Shown: positions 48,360 to 57,987 of the stretch, one piece after another
How positions within the stretch are numbered: position 1 is the stretch's first letter
Layout of the letters: every line of letters begins with the position of its first letter
From: Spirochaetia bacterium
GTDB lineage: Bacteria; Spirochaetota; Spirochaetia; CADAEX01
NCBI GenBank assembly: GCA_963662795.1
Contig: OY759746.1
Span: 2,528,001-2,592,000 of the forward strand
DNA: 64,000 bases
Direction of reading: 5' to 3'
The notes under the pieces: model-generated
Database searches by the model: none
What the model was told of the DNA's origin: nothing
The model's input: only the letters and a program-made list of their open reading frames with translations
Translations under genes and position numbers: made by a program

Positions 48360-48828
48360 AAATACTGCCCTGCTGATGAAAATTGCAAAATTGGCGCTTC
48401 CGGCCCTGATAGGAGCAGTGCTGCTTTCCGGCTGCCGTCCCTTTTTAGCTGAAATTCCTGATGGTTTTGCCGCCTCAGGTAATCATGCCCGCCTGATAAT
48501 ATATTCACCTGATGGATTTAAGGCAGAGATTAAAACAGAGAAAAATTCTCCCCGTAAAAAAATATCATTCTGGGCGGAAGCTCTTAAAACACAGCTTGTC
48601 AGTGAAGGTTACCCGCTGATTGACGAACGGCCGTTTTCATCTGTTAATCTTGACGGCATTGCTTTTACGTGGCTTATGCCTCTTGGAAACAGTTATTATA
48701 AATATCTGACAGCTGTATCTGTTAAAGGTAAAACCATCTACATAATTGAAGCTTCTGCTGAAAAAGAACTTTTCGATAAATATGAAAATGAAATTGGAAT
48801 TATAATATCATCCGTCTCTGCGCGGTAA
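48349..48828 (+). CDS. Lipoprotein, possible PsbP/DcrB-like fold
   Basis: Lipobox LLSGC; resembles C-terminal domain of 46498-47727. Confidence 0.65.
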   Translation: MMNKNTALLMKIAKLALPALIGAVLLSGCRPFLAEIPDGFAASGNHARLIIYSPDGFKAEIKTEKNSPRKKISFWAEALKTQLVSEGYPLIDERPFSSVNLDGIAFTWLMPLGNSYYKYLTAVSVKGKTIYIIEASAEKELFDKYENEIGIIISSVSAR

Positions 48829-48876
48829 ATTGGGGCAGTACAGCCATACCGGCGGGAAAAATTATGGAGTGGAAAA

Positions 48877-50298
48877 ATGAGTAATGAATCAAAAAATAAT
48901 GAACAGAAAACTCCTGACCCTAAAGACAGAAAAGTTTTCGTAGTTGATACAAATGTTTTTATCCACAAAAGTGATGCTATCCTTTCCTTCCGGGATTCTG
49001 ATGTTATTATTCCGCTTTCCGTACTTGAGGAACTGGATAAGCTTAAATCCTTCAGTGATGAAAGGGGAAGAAACGCAAGGCACGCGGTAAGGCTTCTCGA
49101 TTCCATAAGTAAACACGGGGACCTCAACAAAGGTATCAAGATAGATAACGGCGTAGTTATCAAGGTTTTTGTTGATGAGCCGGAGAATTTTCCTTCAAGC
49201 CTGATTCGGGAAAAGCCTGATAATAAAATAATTTTGACAGCATTGGCCCTTCACCGTGAAAGGGAAAAGGTTTTTTTTGTATCAAAGGATATTAATGCGA
49301 GAGTCAAGGCAGGGGCGCTTGGATTAAAAGCAGTCGATTACGAAAAACAAACAATCAATATTAAGGATTTTTATTCAGGAATTAAGGCATATCCCCGGGA
49401 GATGTTTCCGGAAAATTCAATAGCCTATGAATATGTCAATAAAACAAATGAAACTGAAAAAACTGAATTGGGGTTTGAATGTATGCCGGGAGCGGACTGT
49501 ATTGCTGTTGCTCCCTGGCCTGAAAAACTTATTAACAATCAGTATGTTGTTTTCGGAACAGCAGACAAAGACCAGCTTTTCGGCCGCTTCAGGGAAGGAG
49601 AAAACGGGGCCGGAAGCATAGAAATTATCAAACCTGTGGATACGCCGGTATCCGCGATAAACCCTTTAAATGAAAGACAGCAGATTGCTTTTGATATGCT
49701 TCTTAATGATGAATTTTCTCTTGTAACTCTTGTCGGAAAAGCAGGAACGGGAAAAACATTGCTTGCACTTGCCGCCGGACTCCATAAAGTTATCAGGGAA
49801 AAAAAATATACAAGGGTTCTTGTAAGTCGTCCTGTAATTCCCATGGGGAAAGACATAGGATATCTTCCTGGCGGCAAAGATGAAAAAATGTCGCACTGGA
49901 TGCAGCCGTTATTTGACAATTTAAGTCAGATAACGGAAGCAATTTCTGATAAACAGGAGCAGAAAAACATAGACGGGATGCTTAAAAACAGGCAGATCGA
50001 AATTGAGGCCCTGACATTTATGAGAGGAAGATCACTTCCGAACCAGTATATAATAATTGATGAAGCGCAGAACTTAAGCCCTCACGAGATAAAGACCATA
50101 GTAAGCAGAGCTGGTGAAAATACAAAGATAGTCCTTACCGGCGATCCTGACCAGATTGACAGCCCCTATCTTGACGCAAGTTCCAACGGGCTTACATATC
50201 TTGTCGAGGCATTTAAAGGGCAGAAACTGTTCGCGCACATTGTTCTTGAAAAGTCAGAGCGAAGCAGACTTTCAGAACTTGCTGCAAAACTTCTTTAA
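48877..50298 (+). CDS. PIN-PhoH (PhoH2/YlaK-like) protein
   Basis: PIN VVDTNV..EELD..SKD; G.AGTGKT, MRGRS, IDEAQN, GDPDQID. Confidence 0.9.
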   Translation: MSNESKNNEQKTPDPKDRKVFVVDTNVFIHKSDAILSFRDSDVIIPLSVLEELDKLKSFSDERGRNARHAVRLLDSISKHGDLNKGIKIDNGVVIKVFVDEPENFPSSLIREKPDNKIILTALALHREREKVFFVSKDINARVKAGALGLKAVDYEKQTINIKDFYSGIKAYPREMFPENSIAYEYVNKTNETEKTELGFECMPGADCIAVAPWPEKLINNQYVVFGTADKDQLFGRFREGENGAGSIEIIKPVDTPVSAINPLNERQQIAFDMLLNDEFSLVTLVGKAGTGKTLLALAAGLHKVIREKKYTRVLVSRPVIPMGKDIGYLPGGKDEKMSHWMQPLFDNLSQITEAISDKQEQKNIDGMLKNRQIEIEALTFMRGRSLPNQYIIIDEAQNLSPHEIKTIVSRAGENTKIVLTGDPDQIDSPYLDASSNGLTYLVEAFKGQKLFAHIVLEKSERSRLSELAAKLL

Positions 50299-50313
50299 AA
50301 AGGTAAATACAAC

Positions 50314-51519
50314 ATGATAATAAAAAAATATTGCGGTATTCATACTGCTGTGAATTTTATACATAAAATTCATTTTTTGATTATTCTTGCGGCGATTATT
50401 ATTTTTTCCGGCACTTTGTCCGGCTGCAATGCAGGAAAAAAAAACCAGCCGGTTACCGAAAGCAGGTTTCTGCTTGGAACACTTGTAGACCTTACTGTCT
50501 ATGAAGGGGAAAACGGTACAGTATTCCGCAAAGCTTTTAATCTGATTTCTGAATATGAAAATATGCTTAGCCGCAATATTGAAACAAGTGAAATATCCCT
50601 GATAAATAAAAATGCTGGAAAGTTTCCGGCATCAGTATCTGAAGATACGTTATATGCAATTAAAAAAGGCCTTGAATATTCGGTTCTGACTGAAGGGCTT
50701 TTTGATATATCCATTGGACCCCTTGTCACTTTGTGGGGAATAGGAACCGAATCTGCAAGGTTGCCTACAGACCCTGAAATAAAAAAGGCTGTTGAATTGA
50801 CTGATTATAAAAAAATATTTATTACAGCGGATAAAATTAAAAGTCCCGGGTTCCAGGCAGACAGTCAATCGGCAGAGGTTAAGACAACTGAAGGTGGATT
50901 GGATGACAGCCGGACAAATAATGCGATAACGGCAGGCGATGCAGTTCCTGCCGGTGAAAGTGTATTTCTCGGAAAAGAAGGGATGGCAATTGATCTCGGA
51001 GCTGTTGCAAAAGGATTTATTGCGGATAAGGTGCTTGAATTGTTTGAAGCCAATGGTGTAAAAAGCGCTATCATAAATCTGGGCGGCAATGTTCTGCTGT
51101 TTGGCAGCAAACCCGGGGGGATTCCTTTTAAAATAGGTATACAGAATCCTTTTGATGTACGCGGCAGTTATCTTGGAATAATCAAGGCTTCAGATATTTC
51201 AATCGTGACATCTGGAATATATGAGCGGTATTTCGAGGCTGATGGTAAAAAATATCATCACATCCTGAATCCAAAAACCGGATATCCGGTAGAAAATGAT
51301 ATTATGGGAATATCTGTAATAACCGGAAAATCAATTGACGGTGACTGTCTTTCCACATCTTTATTTATGCTGGGGTCGGTAAAAGCGATTGATCTTGTGG
51401 AAAATCTCGAAAACACAGAAGCTGTAATAATTACGAAAGAGAAAAAAATAATTTTAAGCAGCGGTGCAGAAAAAATGTTTTCCCTTATTGATAATGATTT
51501 TACTGTCAGCGGCAGTTGA
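50314..51519 (+). CDS. apbE: FAD:protein FMN transferase lipoprotein
   Basis: Lipobox LSGC; FDISIGPLV.LW, DLGAVAKG, NLGGN, TSGIYERY, YHHILNP.TGYP, D.LST. Confidence 0.92.
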   Translation: MIIKKYCGIHTAVNFIHKIHFLIILAAIIIFSGTLSGCNAGKKNQPVTESRFLLGTLVDLTVYEGENGTVFRKAFNLISEYENMLSRNIETSEISLINKNAGKFPASVSEDTLYAIKKGLEYSVLTEGLFDISIGPLVTLWGIGTESARLPTDPEIKKAVELTDYKKIFITADKIKSPGFQADSQSAEVKTTEGGLDDSRTNNAITAGDAVPAGESVFLGKEGMAIDLGAVAKGFIADKVLELFEANGVKSAIINLGGNVLLFGSKPGGIPFKIGIQNPFDVRGSYLGIIKASDISIVTSGIYERYFEADGKKYHHILNPKTGYPVENDIMGISVITGKSIDGDCLSTSLFMLGSVKAIDLVENLENTEAVIITKEKKIILSSGAEKMFSLIDNDFTVSGS

Positions 51520-51568
51520 ACAGATATTTCACATAACGGATAGTATTTAAGAAAACAGACCGTATGGC

Positions 51569-51597
51569 TTGACAAGAAAGTAAGTATGCTATATCTT
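51569..51597 (+). promoter_or_regulatory. Candidate proXVW promoter
   Basis: TTGACA-N17-TATCTT ~210 bp upstream of ATG. Confidence 0.5.
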
Positions 51598-51808
51598 TAT
51601 CTTTGTATATTATGTTTTTGTATTGTATTATCGTTTTTGAAAATATTCCCCAATCTCTTTTGAAAATATTAAGAATACTGACATTATACTAACTCATCAT
51701 AAGATTAACTGGTGTAAAAAATTACGCCGGGGATTCCTTTAAATTAATTATTTTGGGAATGGCCGGGGGAATTTTTTCCCTAATTATTTTAAGCATAAAA
51801 GGAGTTAG

Positions 51809-52786
51809 ATGATGAAACAAATTAAAAGAATTGTTCTTTTATTTCTTTTCGCAGCTGCAGTCACAGGAATTCTATTTGCTGCAGGCAGCAGTGAAAAGAA
51901 TAGCAAAGGTACTATTGTTTTCGGCGATGTAAGCTGGGACAGCGTCAAGGTCCATAACAGGATCGCGGGATTTATAATACAGCACGGATACGGCTACACA
52001 CCGGAGTATACGCCGGGCGAGACAATAACCATTTACCAGGGAATGATGCAGGGTGATATCGATGTAAACATGGAATCATGGTCGGACAATGTACAGGAAG
52101 CATATGATAAAGGCGTTAAAGCCGGCAGTATAATTGATCTTGGTCCGAATTATCCGGACAGCGAACAGGGGTGGTATATCCCAACTTATATGATAAAGGG
52201 AGATACCAAGAGGGGCATTAAGGCTTCCGCACCAGATCTTACATCAGTAGAAATGCTGCCGAAATACTGGGAGCTTTTTAAGGATCCTGAAAATCCGTCA
52301 AAGGGAAGACTTTTTGTAGGCCCGCCGGGCTGGGGAGCTACCAAAGTCGGGCAGGAAAAAATGACAAAACTCGGTCTTGATAAAACCTACAATGCTTTTC
52401 TTCCCGGTTCGGACGCCGCCCTTTCAGGTTCAATGATCGCAGCCTACAAAAAGGGAGAGCCATGGGTCGGATATTACTGGGCCCCTACATGGGTTTTGGG
52501 TTCTCTTGATATGACAATGCTTAAAGGTTCTGAATGGCCTCCTGCAAAAGTCAATATACTTATAAATCCTTCAGTAAAAAAGAAGGCTCCCGAAATTGTT
52601 GAGTTTCTGACAAAATATGAAACCACTACACCTGAAAACAACGAATTTCTTGCAATAATGAAAGAAAAAGAATATTCAACAGATGATGCCGCTATGTGGT
52701 TCCTGAAAAACAAGGAAGACAAATGGTCAAAATGGGTATCCAAAGAAGTCCATGAAAAGGTAAAAAAAGCTTTGACTTCATTATAG
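51809..52786 (+). CDS. proX: Glycine betaine/proline ABC transporter substrate-binding protein
   Basis: WDS..HN.IA, DV.ME.W, GPPGWG, GYYWAPTW; signal LFAAGSSEK. Confidence 0.85.
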   Translation: MMKQIKRIVLLFLFAAAVTGILFAAGSSEKNSKGTIVFGDVSWDSVKVHNRIAGFIIQHGYGYTPEYTPGETITIYQGMMQGDIDVNMESWSDNVQEAYDKGVKAGSIIDLGPNYPDSEQGWYIPTYMIKGDTKRGIKASAPDLTSVEMLPKYWELFKDPENPSKGRLFVGPPGWGATKVGQEKMTKLGLDKTYNAFLPGSDAALSGSMIAAYKKGEPWVGYYWAPTWVLGSLDMTMLKGSEWPPAKVNILINPSVKKKAPEIVEFLTKYETTTPENNEFLAIMKEKEYSTDDAAMWFLKNKEDKWSKWVSKEVHEKVKKALTSL

Positions 52787-52802
52787 AATAAGGAAAAATA
52801 AC

Positions 52803-54011
52803 ATGAGTGAAATGGACCATATAGTCTCCATTAAAAACCTCTGGAAGGTCTTTGGGCAGAAGCCCAAAGACCTTTCATGGGAACAGATGAAAACGACAAA
52901 AAATGATGACAAGCTTAAAAAAAGCGGATGCGTAGCTGCGCTTCGGGATGTTTCCCTGGATATTGAGAGAGGAGAGTTTTTCGTAATCATGGGCCTCTCC
53001 GGAAGCGGGAAATCAACGCTTATCAGAACACTTATACGGCTTATAGAACCAACTAAAGGCAGTATTACTGTTTCAGGAAGTGAAGTCAGAAAGCTTGACA
53101 AGAAAGCGCTGATGGAATTCAGACGGCATAAGGCTTCAATGGTTTTTCAGAATTATGCACTGCTTCCCCACAAGACGGTGCTTGATAACGCTGCATACGG
53201 ACTTAAAATTCAGGGCATGAAAGAGAAGGAGAGACTTGCAAAGGCACAAACCGCCCTCGAGACTGTCGGTCTTAAAGGCTGGGAGAGTTATTATCCCGGG
53301 AATTTAAGCGGAGGAATGCAGCAGAGGGTAGGTATAGCGCGGGCGCTCGCCACTGATCCTGAAATACTGCTTATGGATGAACCGTTCAGCGGCCTTGATC
53401 CCCTTATCAGGAGACAGATGCAGGATGAGCTGGTAGAGCTTCAGGATACAGTTAAAAAGACAATAATATTTGTCACACATGACCTTCATGAAGCCTTAAA
53501 GCTAGGAAGCAGGATAGCCATAATGAAAGGGGGCTCAGTAGTCCAGATAGGAACGCCGGAAGAGGTTGTTACAAACCCGGCGGATGATTATGTTAAAGAG
53601 TTTGTAAAGGATGCATCTCCTGCAAAGATTATTACTGCAGGGCTCATAATGGAAGATCCCGATGTTCTTCTTTACAGATGGGAAGGGCCTAAAACCGCCC
53701 GCCACCTTTTAAGAAGTTCAAAAAAGGAATCAGCGTTTGTTATTTCCAAAAAAAGGGAACTTCTTGGTGTTACTACAATAAATGCGCTTGACAAGGTTTT
53801 GAAGGAAGGGGGCAGCGAATTCGGCGACAGTATTGATACGGATGTTGCCCGGTGCACCATAGATACAACGCTTGAGGAACTATTTCCTGTCGCGACAAAC
53901 ACTTCCTATTCCGTAGCTGTTGTTGATGAAAAGGGGAGGTTTCTTGGAGAGATAAGGCCGAGAATGATTCTTGATGCCATGTATCAAAAGGAGGAGGGAG
54001 AAAATGTTTGA
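52803..54011 (+). CDS. proV: Glycine betaine ABC transporter ATPase with CBS domains
   Basis: MGLSGSGKST, LSGGMQQRVG, MDEPFSGLDPLIR. Confidence 0.92.
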   Translation: MSEMDHIVSIKNLWKVFGQKPKDLSWEQMKTTKNDDKLKKSGCVAALRDVSLDIERGEFFVIMGLSGSGKSTLIRTLIRLIEPTKGSITVSGSEVRKLDKKALMEFRRHKASMVFQNYALLPHKTVLDNAAYGLKIQGMKEKERLAKAQTALETVGLKGWESYYPGNLSGGMQQRVGIARALATDPEILLMDEPFSGLDPLIRRQMQDELVELQDTVKKTIIFVTHDLHEALKLGSRIAIMKGGSVVQIGTPEEVVTNPADDYVKEFVKDASPAKIITAGLIMEDPDVLLYRWEGPKTARHLLRSSKKESAFVISKKRELLGVTTINALDKVLKEGGSEFGDSIDTDVARCTIDTTLEELFPVATNTSYSVAVVDEKGRFLGEIRPRMILDAMYQKEEGENV

Positions 54012-54867
54012 ATTTCCTGAAATACTAAGTATACCGATGGCTAAATGGATTGATTATATCATGGAGGCAGTGCTTGAGAATTTCGGCGGTTTTTTTGATC
54101 TAATTGGGGAAATAAGTCTTGTAATGCTTATGTCGGTAGAAAGGGTTTTTCTGGCAATACCCTGGTTTGTCATAGTTATAGCTGTCGGACTTCTCGGGTG
54201 GAAGATATTATCCTCTGTCTGGAAAGGGATTTTATTCTCACTTTTACTCATGATAATCGGCAGTTTCGGTTACTGGGATCTTGCGATGATGACTTTGGCA
54301 ATTGTAATAACATCTGTTATTACAGCTCTTATTATTGGAATTCCTATAGGGATTATCATGGCCTGGAGCAGGACTGTTGAAACAATAATCAGACCGATTC
54401 TTGACGCTATGCAGACTCTTCCGAGTTTTGTATACCTTATTCCGGCTCTTATGCTGTTCGGCCTGGGAAAAGTCCCGGCAGCATTCGCGACCTTTATATA
54501 CGCTGTACCGCCTGTCATAAGGCTGACCTGTGTCGGTATAAGGGGAGTGCCGGAAGATGTAGTTGAGGCGGCGAAAGCGTTCGGTTCAAGCAGGTGGCAG
54601 ATTCTGTTCGATGTGCAGCTTCCGCTGGCCCGGCCTTCCATAATGGTCGGTATAAATCAGACAACAATGATGGCTCTTGCCATGGTTGTAGTAGGTTCAA
54701 TGATCGGCGCCAAAGGGCTTGGAATGGAGGTACTTCTCTCAATCAACAGAATTGAAGTGGGAAGAGGTTTTGAGGCCGGGGTCAGCATTGTACTTCTTGC
54801 GATTGTTATTGACAGACTTACAAACGCGCTTGCAAAAGACACACAGACTTCAGTAACAGGAACATAG
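54004..54867 (+). CDS. proW: Glycine betaine ABC transporter permease
   Basis: LDAMQTLPSFVYLIP, EAAKAFG, GINQTTMMAL. Confidence 0.92.
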   Translation: MFEFPEILSIPMAKWIDYIMEAVLENFGGFFDLIGEISLVMLMSVERVFLAIPWFVIVIAVGLLGWKILSSVWKGILFSLLLMIIGSFGYWDLAMMTLAIVITSVITALIIGIPIGIIMAWSRTVETIIRPILDAMQTLPSFVYLIPALMLFGLGKVPAAFATFIYAVPPVIRLTCVGIRGVPEDVVEAAKAFGSSRWQILFDVQLPLARPSIMVGINQTTMMALAMVVVGSMIGAKGLGMEVLLSINRIEVGRGFEAGVSIVLLAIVIDRLTNALAKDTQTSVTGT

Positions 54868-54887
54868 GTCTGATTTACAATCCTGCC

Positions 54888-54930
54888 AGATCCGGAATTA
54901 GCCGCAATATGAGGGTAATTCCGGATTTTT
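54888..54930 (+). terminator. Terminator after proW
   Basis: ATCCGGAATTA..TAATTCCGGAT inverted repeat followed by T run. Confidence 0.7.
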
Positions 54931-55019
54931 GTATTTAATATCCTACCGGTATCATGGAATAAAACTCCTCTCCAATATATAATGCTCAATATATAATGTT
55001 CAATTCAGGAGAAAATACC

Positions 55020-56489
55020 ATGGCTTTGGCCGACTTGCAGGATTTTATAAAAAAGCTTGATGAAAAAGGGGAACTTGTCCGCATCAGGACATCTGTCTCT
55101 CCTGAACTTGAAATAACCGAGATCGCGGACCGGGTAATGAAAAAAAAAGGACCAGCTCTCCTCTTTGAAAATGTCAAAGGTTCTGATTATCCTCTTTTTA
55201 TAAACGGTTTCGGATCATCCGTACGGATGGCTATTGCGCTGGGGTTTTCCTCTCCTGATGATGTAGCCGCAGAGATCGGAGATATTATTGATCTTTCAGG
55301 ATATGCAACCCTCATTGATAAAATCAAGGCGGTACCGCGTCTTGCCCGTCTTGCCATGGCCTTCCCCGTTACAAAGGGCAGGGGAGCATGTCAGGAAATA
55401 GTTGAGGAGTGCGATTTATCATCACTTCCGGTACTGAAATGCTGGCCAGGCGACAGCGGCAGATTTATAACACTTCCGGTTGTAATTACCCGTGATCCTG
55501 AAACCGGCATGCAGAACATGGGTATGTACAGAATGCAGGTTCTTGATAATACAAGTACTGCAATGCACTGGCATCTGCACAAAGACGGCAGAAGAATCTA
55601 TGAAAAATATAAAAAAATCGGCGGAAAAATGCCGGTTTCTGTTGCCATAGGCTGTGATCCTGCTGTAATTTATGCAGCAACAGCGCCTCTTCCTGAATTT
55701 GTGGATGAGGCATTGTTTGCCGGTTTTATCAGAAAAGCGCCGCTGTCAATGGTAAAATCCCTGGAGAGTGATATCCTGGTTCCTGCCTCATCTGAATTTG
55801 TTCTTGAGGGATTTATTGATATTGATGAGGCACCTGTTCTTGAAGGACCGTTCGGGGACCATACAGGTTATTATTCCCTGGCTGATTACTATCCGGTTTT
55901 TCATATTACAAAGCTCACAAGGAAAAAACATCCTGTTTACCCGGCGACAATAGTCGGCAGACCTCCAATGGAAGACTGTTTTATCGGAAAAGCGACTGAG
56001 AGGATTTTTCTTCCGCTGCTGAGAATGCAGTGTCCTGAAATTATGGATATTGATTTCCCGCTCGAAGGGGTTTTTCATAACTGCGTAATTATTTCAATTG
56101 ACAAAAAATATCCCGGCCAGGCCTTTAAGGTAATGAATAATCTCTGGGGGCTTGGGCAGATGATGTATACAAAAATGATAGTAATTGTGGACAGAGATAT
56201 TTCTCCCCATGATTATTCTGCTGTTACATGGAAAGTCTTCAACAATATTGACTGGGGGAGGGATATAATTATTTCAAGGGGGCCGCTTGATGCGCTTGAC
56301 CACTCATCCCCGTATCCCCATTTCGGAAACAGGATAGGGATTGACGCCACAGTCAAACGGCCTGAGGAAGGGCATCCGAGACCGTGGCCTGATGAGATAA
56401 TAATGAATGATGAAATAAAGAATCTGGTTACTTCAAAATGGACAGAATACGGTCTCGATACTGACAGGGAATCACCGGAGAAAGGATAA
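55020..56489 (+). CDS. ubiD: UbiD-family prFMN decarboxylase (menaquinone-type)
   Basis: NMGMYRMQ, MHWH.HK.G, EGPFGDHTGYY, GRPP.ED, D.LDH, GIDAT. Confidence 0.9.
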   Translation: MALADLQDFIKKLDEKGELVRIRTSVSPELEITEIADRVMKKKGPALLFENVKGSDYPLFINGFGSSVRMAIALGFSSPDDVAAEIGDIIDLSGYATLIDKIKAVPRLARLAMAFPVTKGRGACQEIVEECDLSSLPVLKCWPGDSGRFITLPVVITRDPETGMQNMGMYRMQVLDNTSTAMHWHLHKDGRRIYEKYKKIGGKMPVSVAIGCDPAVIYAATAPLPEFVDEALFAGFIRKAPLSMVKSLESDILVPASSEFVLEGFIDIDEAPVLEGPFGDHTGYYSLADYYPVFHITKLTRKKHPVYPATIVGRPPMEDCFIGKATERIFLPLLRMQCPEIMDIDFPLEGVFHNCVIISIDKKYPGQAFKVMNNLWGLGQMMYTKMIVIVDRDISPHDYSAVTWKVFNNIDWGRDIIISRGPLDALDHSSPYPHFGNRIGIDATVKRPEEGHPRPWPDEIIMNDEIKNLVTSKWTEYGLDTDRESPEKG

Positions 56490-57391
56490 TGAGAGATTCC
56501 ACTATCATGAACACTTTAAAGGGCAGCTTTAAAAAAATTACTGCTTACAGTTCTCTTGTTATGTTTTCACACTCGATATTCTCCGCGTCCTTCGCAGTAG
56601 CGGCGTCTTTTTTTGCTTCGCGCGGTATTCCCGGTTTAATTAATTTTATCTGGATTATGACTGCTTTTTTCGGGGCCAGGAATTTTGCGAATGCCGTAAA
56701 CCGTATTGTAGACAGAAAGATAGATGCGGAGAATCCCAGAACCTCATCGCGTCATATCCCTTCCGGTGAGATATCGGTCAGGGAAGCTTTATCTGTTTCT
56801 GTTTTTTTCTTTGCTGTTTTTATACTGGGAGCCGCAATGCTTCCTCCAATATGTCTTATCATGACTCCGCTGGCCGGTGCCCTTATGATTCTTTATTCCT
56901 ATACAAAGCGTTTTACATGGATGTGTCATTTTTTTCTGGGGGCAGCCTGTGCGTGCGCATCTGCCGGAGGTTGGCTTGGCGTAACAGGGGTTTTCCAATG
57001 GCAGATGTTTCCCCTTGTTTTTGCCAACGGCGCATGGGTCGCCGGATTTGACATAATTTATTCAATTCAGGATGAAAGCCATGACAGGAAAGTAAATCTT
57101 TATTCCATTCCTGCGAAGTTTGGCGTAAAAACAGCTTACTGGCTTGCAGTACTGCTTCATATATTCACGATTGTCATGCTGATTCTTGAAGGATTTATAA
57201 TGAAAAGCGGAATAATTTATTATTCAGGAATTGCCGTTATCGGCTTTCTGTTTGTTTTTCAGCATCTGCATACAATTATTACTTCTTTCAGCAGGGTCAA
57301 TTTTGCGGCCTATACGGTAAGCAGGATAGTTGGAATTGTATTGCTGATTGCAGTGATGGCTGATGCATATTCAGGATGGAGCGGGTTATGA
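56489..57391 (+). CDS. ubiA: UbiA-family polyprenyltransferase (MqnP-like)
   Basis: NRIVDRKID.ENPRT..R.IP.G; YSYTKRFT; AGFDIIYSIQD..D. Confidence 0.88.
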   Translation: MRDSTIMNTLKGSFKKITAYSSLVMFSHSIFSASFAVAASFFASRGIPGLINFIWIMTAFFGARNFANAVNRIVDRKIDAENPRTSSRHIPSGEISVREALSVSVFFFAVFILGAAMLPPICLIMTPLAGALMILYSYTKRFTWMCHFFLGAACACASAGGWLGVTGVFQWQMFPLVFANGAWVAGFDIIYSIQDESHDRKVNLYSIPAKFGVKTAYWLAVLLHIFTIVMLILEGFIMKSGIIYYSGIAVIGFLFVFQHLHTIITSFSRVNFAAYTVSRIVGIVLLIAVMADAYSGWSGL

Positions 57392-57987
57392 AAAGAATTA
57401 TTGTCGCAGTAACAGGGGCAAGCGGAAGCATATACGCGGTAAAGCTTATAGAAGCCCTTATTCAGTTTGATATTGATGTTCACCTGGTTTTCTCAGATAC
57501 TGCGAAAAAAGTTATGTTATATGAAATAAAAGAAAGCTTTTTGGATATGGCAGGGAAGCTTGATAAGCGCATCCGAAGCGATAATCTGCCAGGCCGGATA
57601 ATTTATCATGAAAACAGCGATATGTTCTCTTCCATTGCAAGCGGATCTTTCAGGACGGAGGGGATGATAATTATCCCCTGCACAATGGCCTGCGCCGGAA
57701 GAATCGCCTCCTGCAGCGGCAGTACTCTTATTGAAAGGACTGCTGATGTCTGCCTGAAAGAAAAGCGGGCGCTTGTTCTTGCTGTAAGAGAAACTCCTCT
57801 TAACCTCGTTCATCTTAAAAATCTCACCGCGCTCTGTGAAGCCGGTGCTGTTATTTATCCTGTAATGCCCTCTTTTTACAATAAGCCTGAAACTATAGAT
57901 GAACTTGCGGAAAACTTCTCTTCAAGAATTCTTGAATCATTCGGAATTTTAACGAAAAACTATAAGGAATGGAATGAAAATGAATAG
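57388..57987 (+). CDS. ubiX: Flavin prenyltransferase
   Basis: TGASG, IASGS, PCTM, RTADV.LKE, RETPL, PSFY. Confidence 0.92.
   Translation: MKRIIVAVTGASGSIYAVKLIEALIQFDIDVHLVFSDTAKKVMLYEIKESFLDMAGKLDKRIRSDNLPGRIIYHENSDMFSSIASGSFRTEGMIIIPCTMACAGRIASCSGSTLIERTADVCLKEKRALVLAVRETPLNLVHLKNLTALCEAGAVIYPVMPSFYNKPETIDELAENFSSRILESFGILTKNYKEWNENE

Noticed and set aside
51598-51808. c-di-AMP (ydaO) riboswitch upstream of the betaine transporter
   Set aside because: Could not find the conserved GCTGAATCC / GGTACGGAGG-type segments
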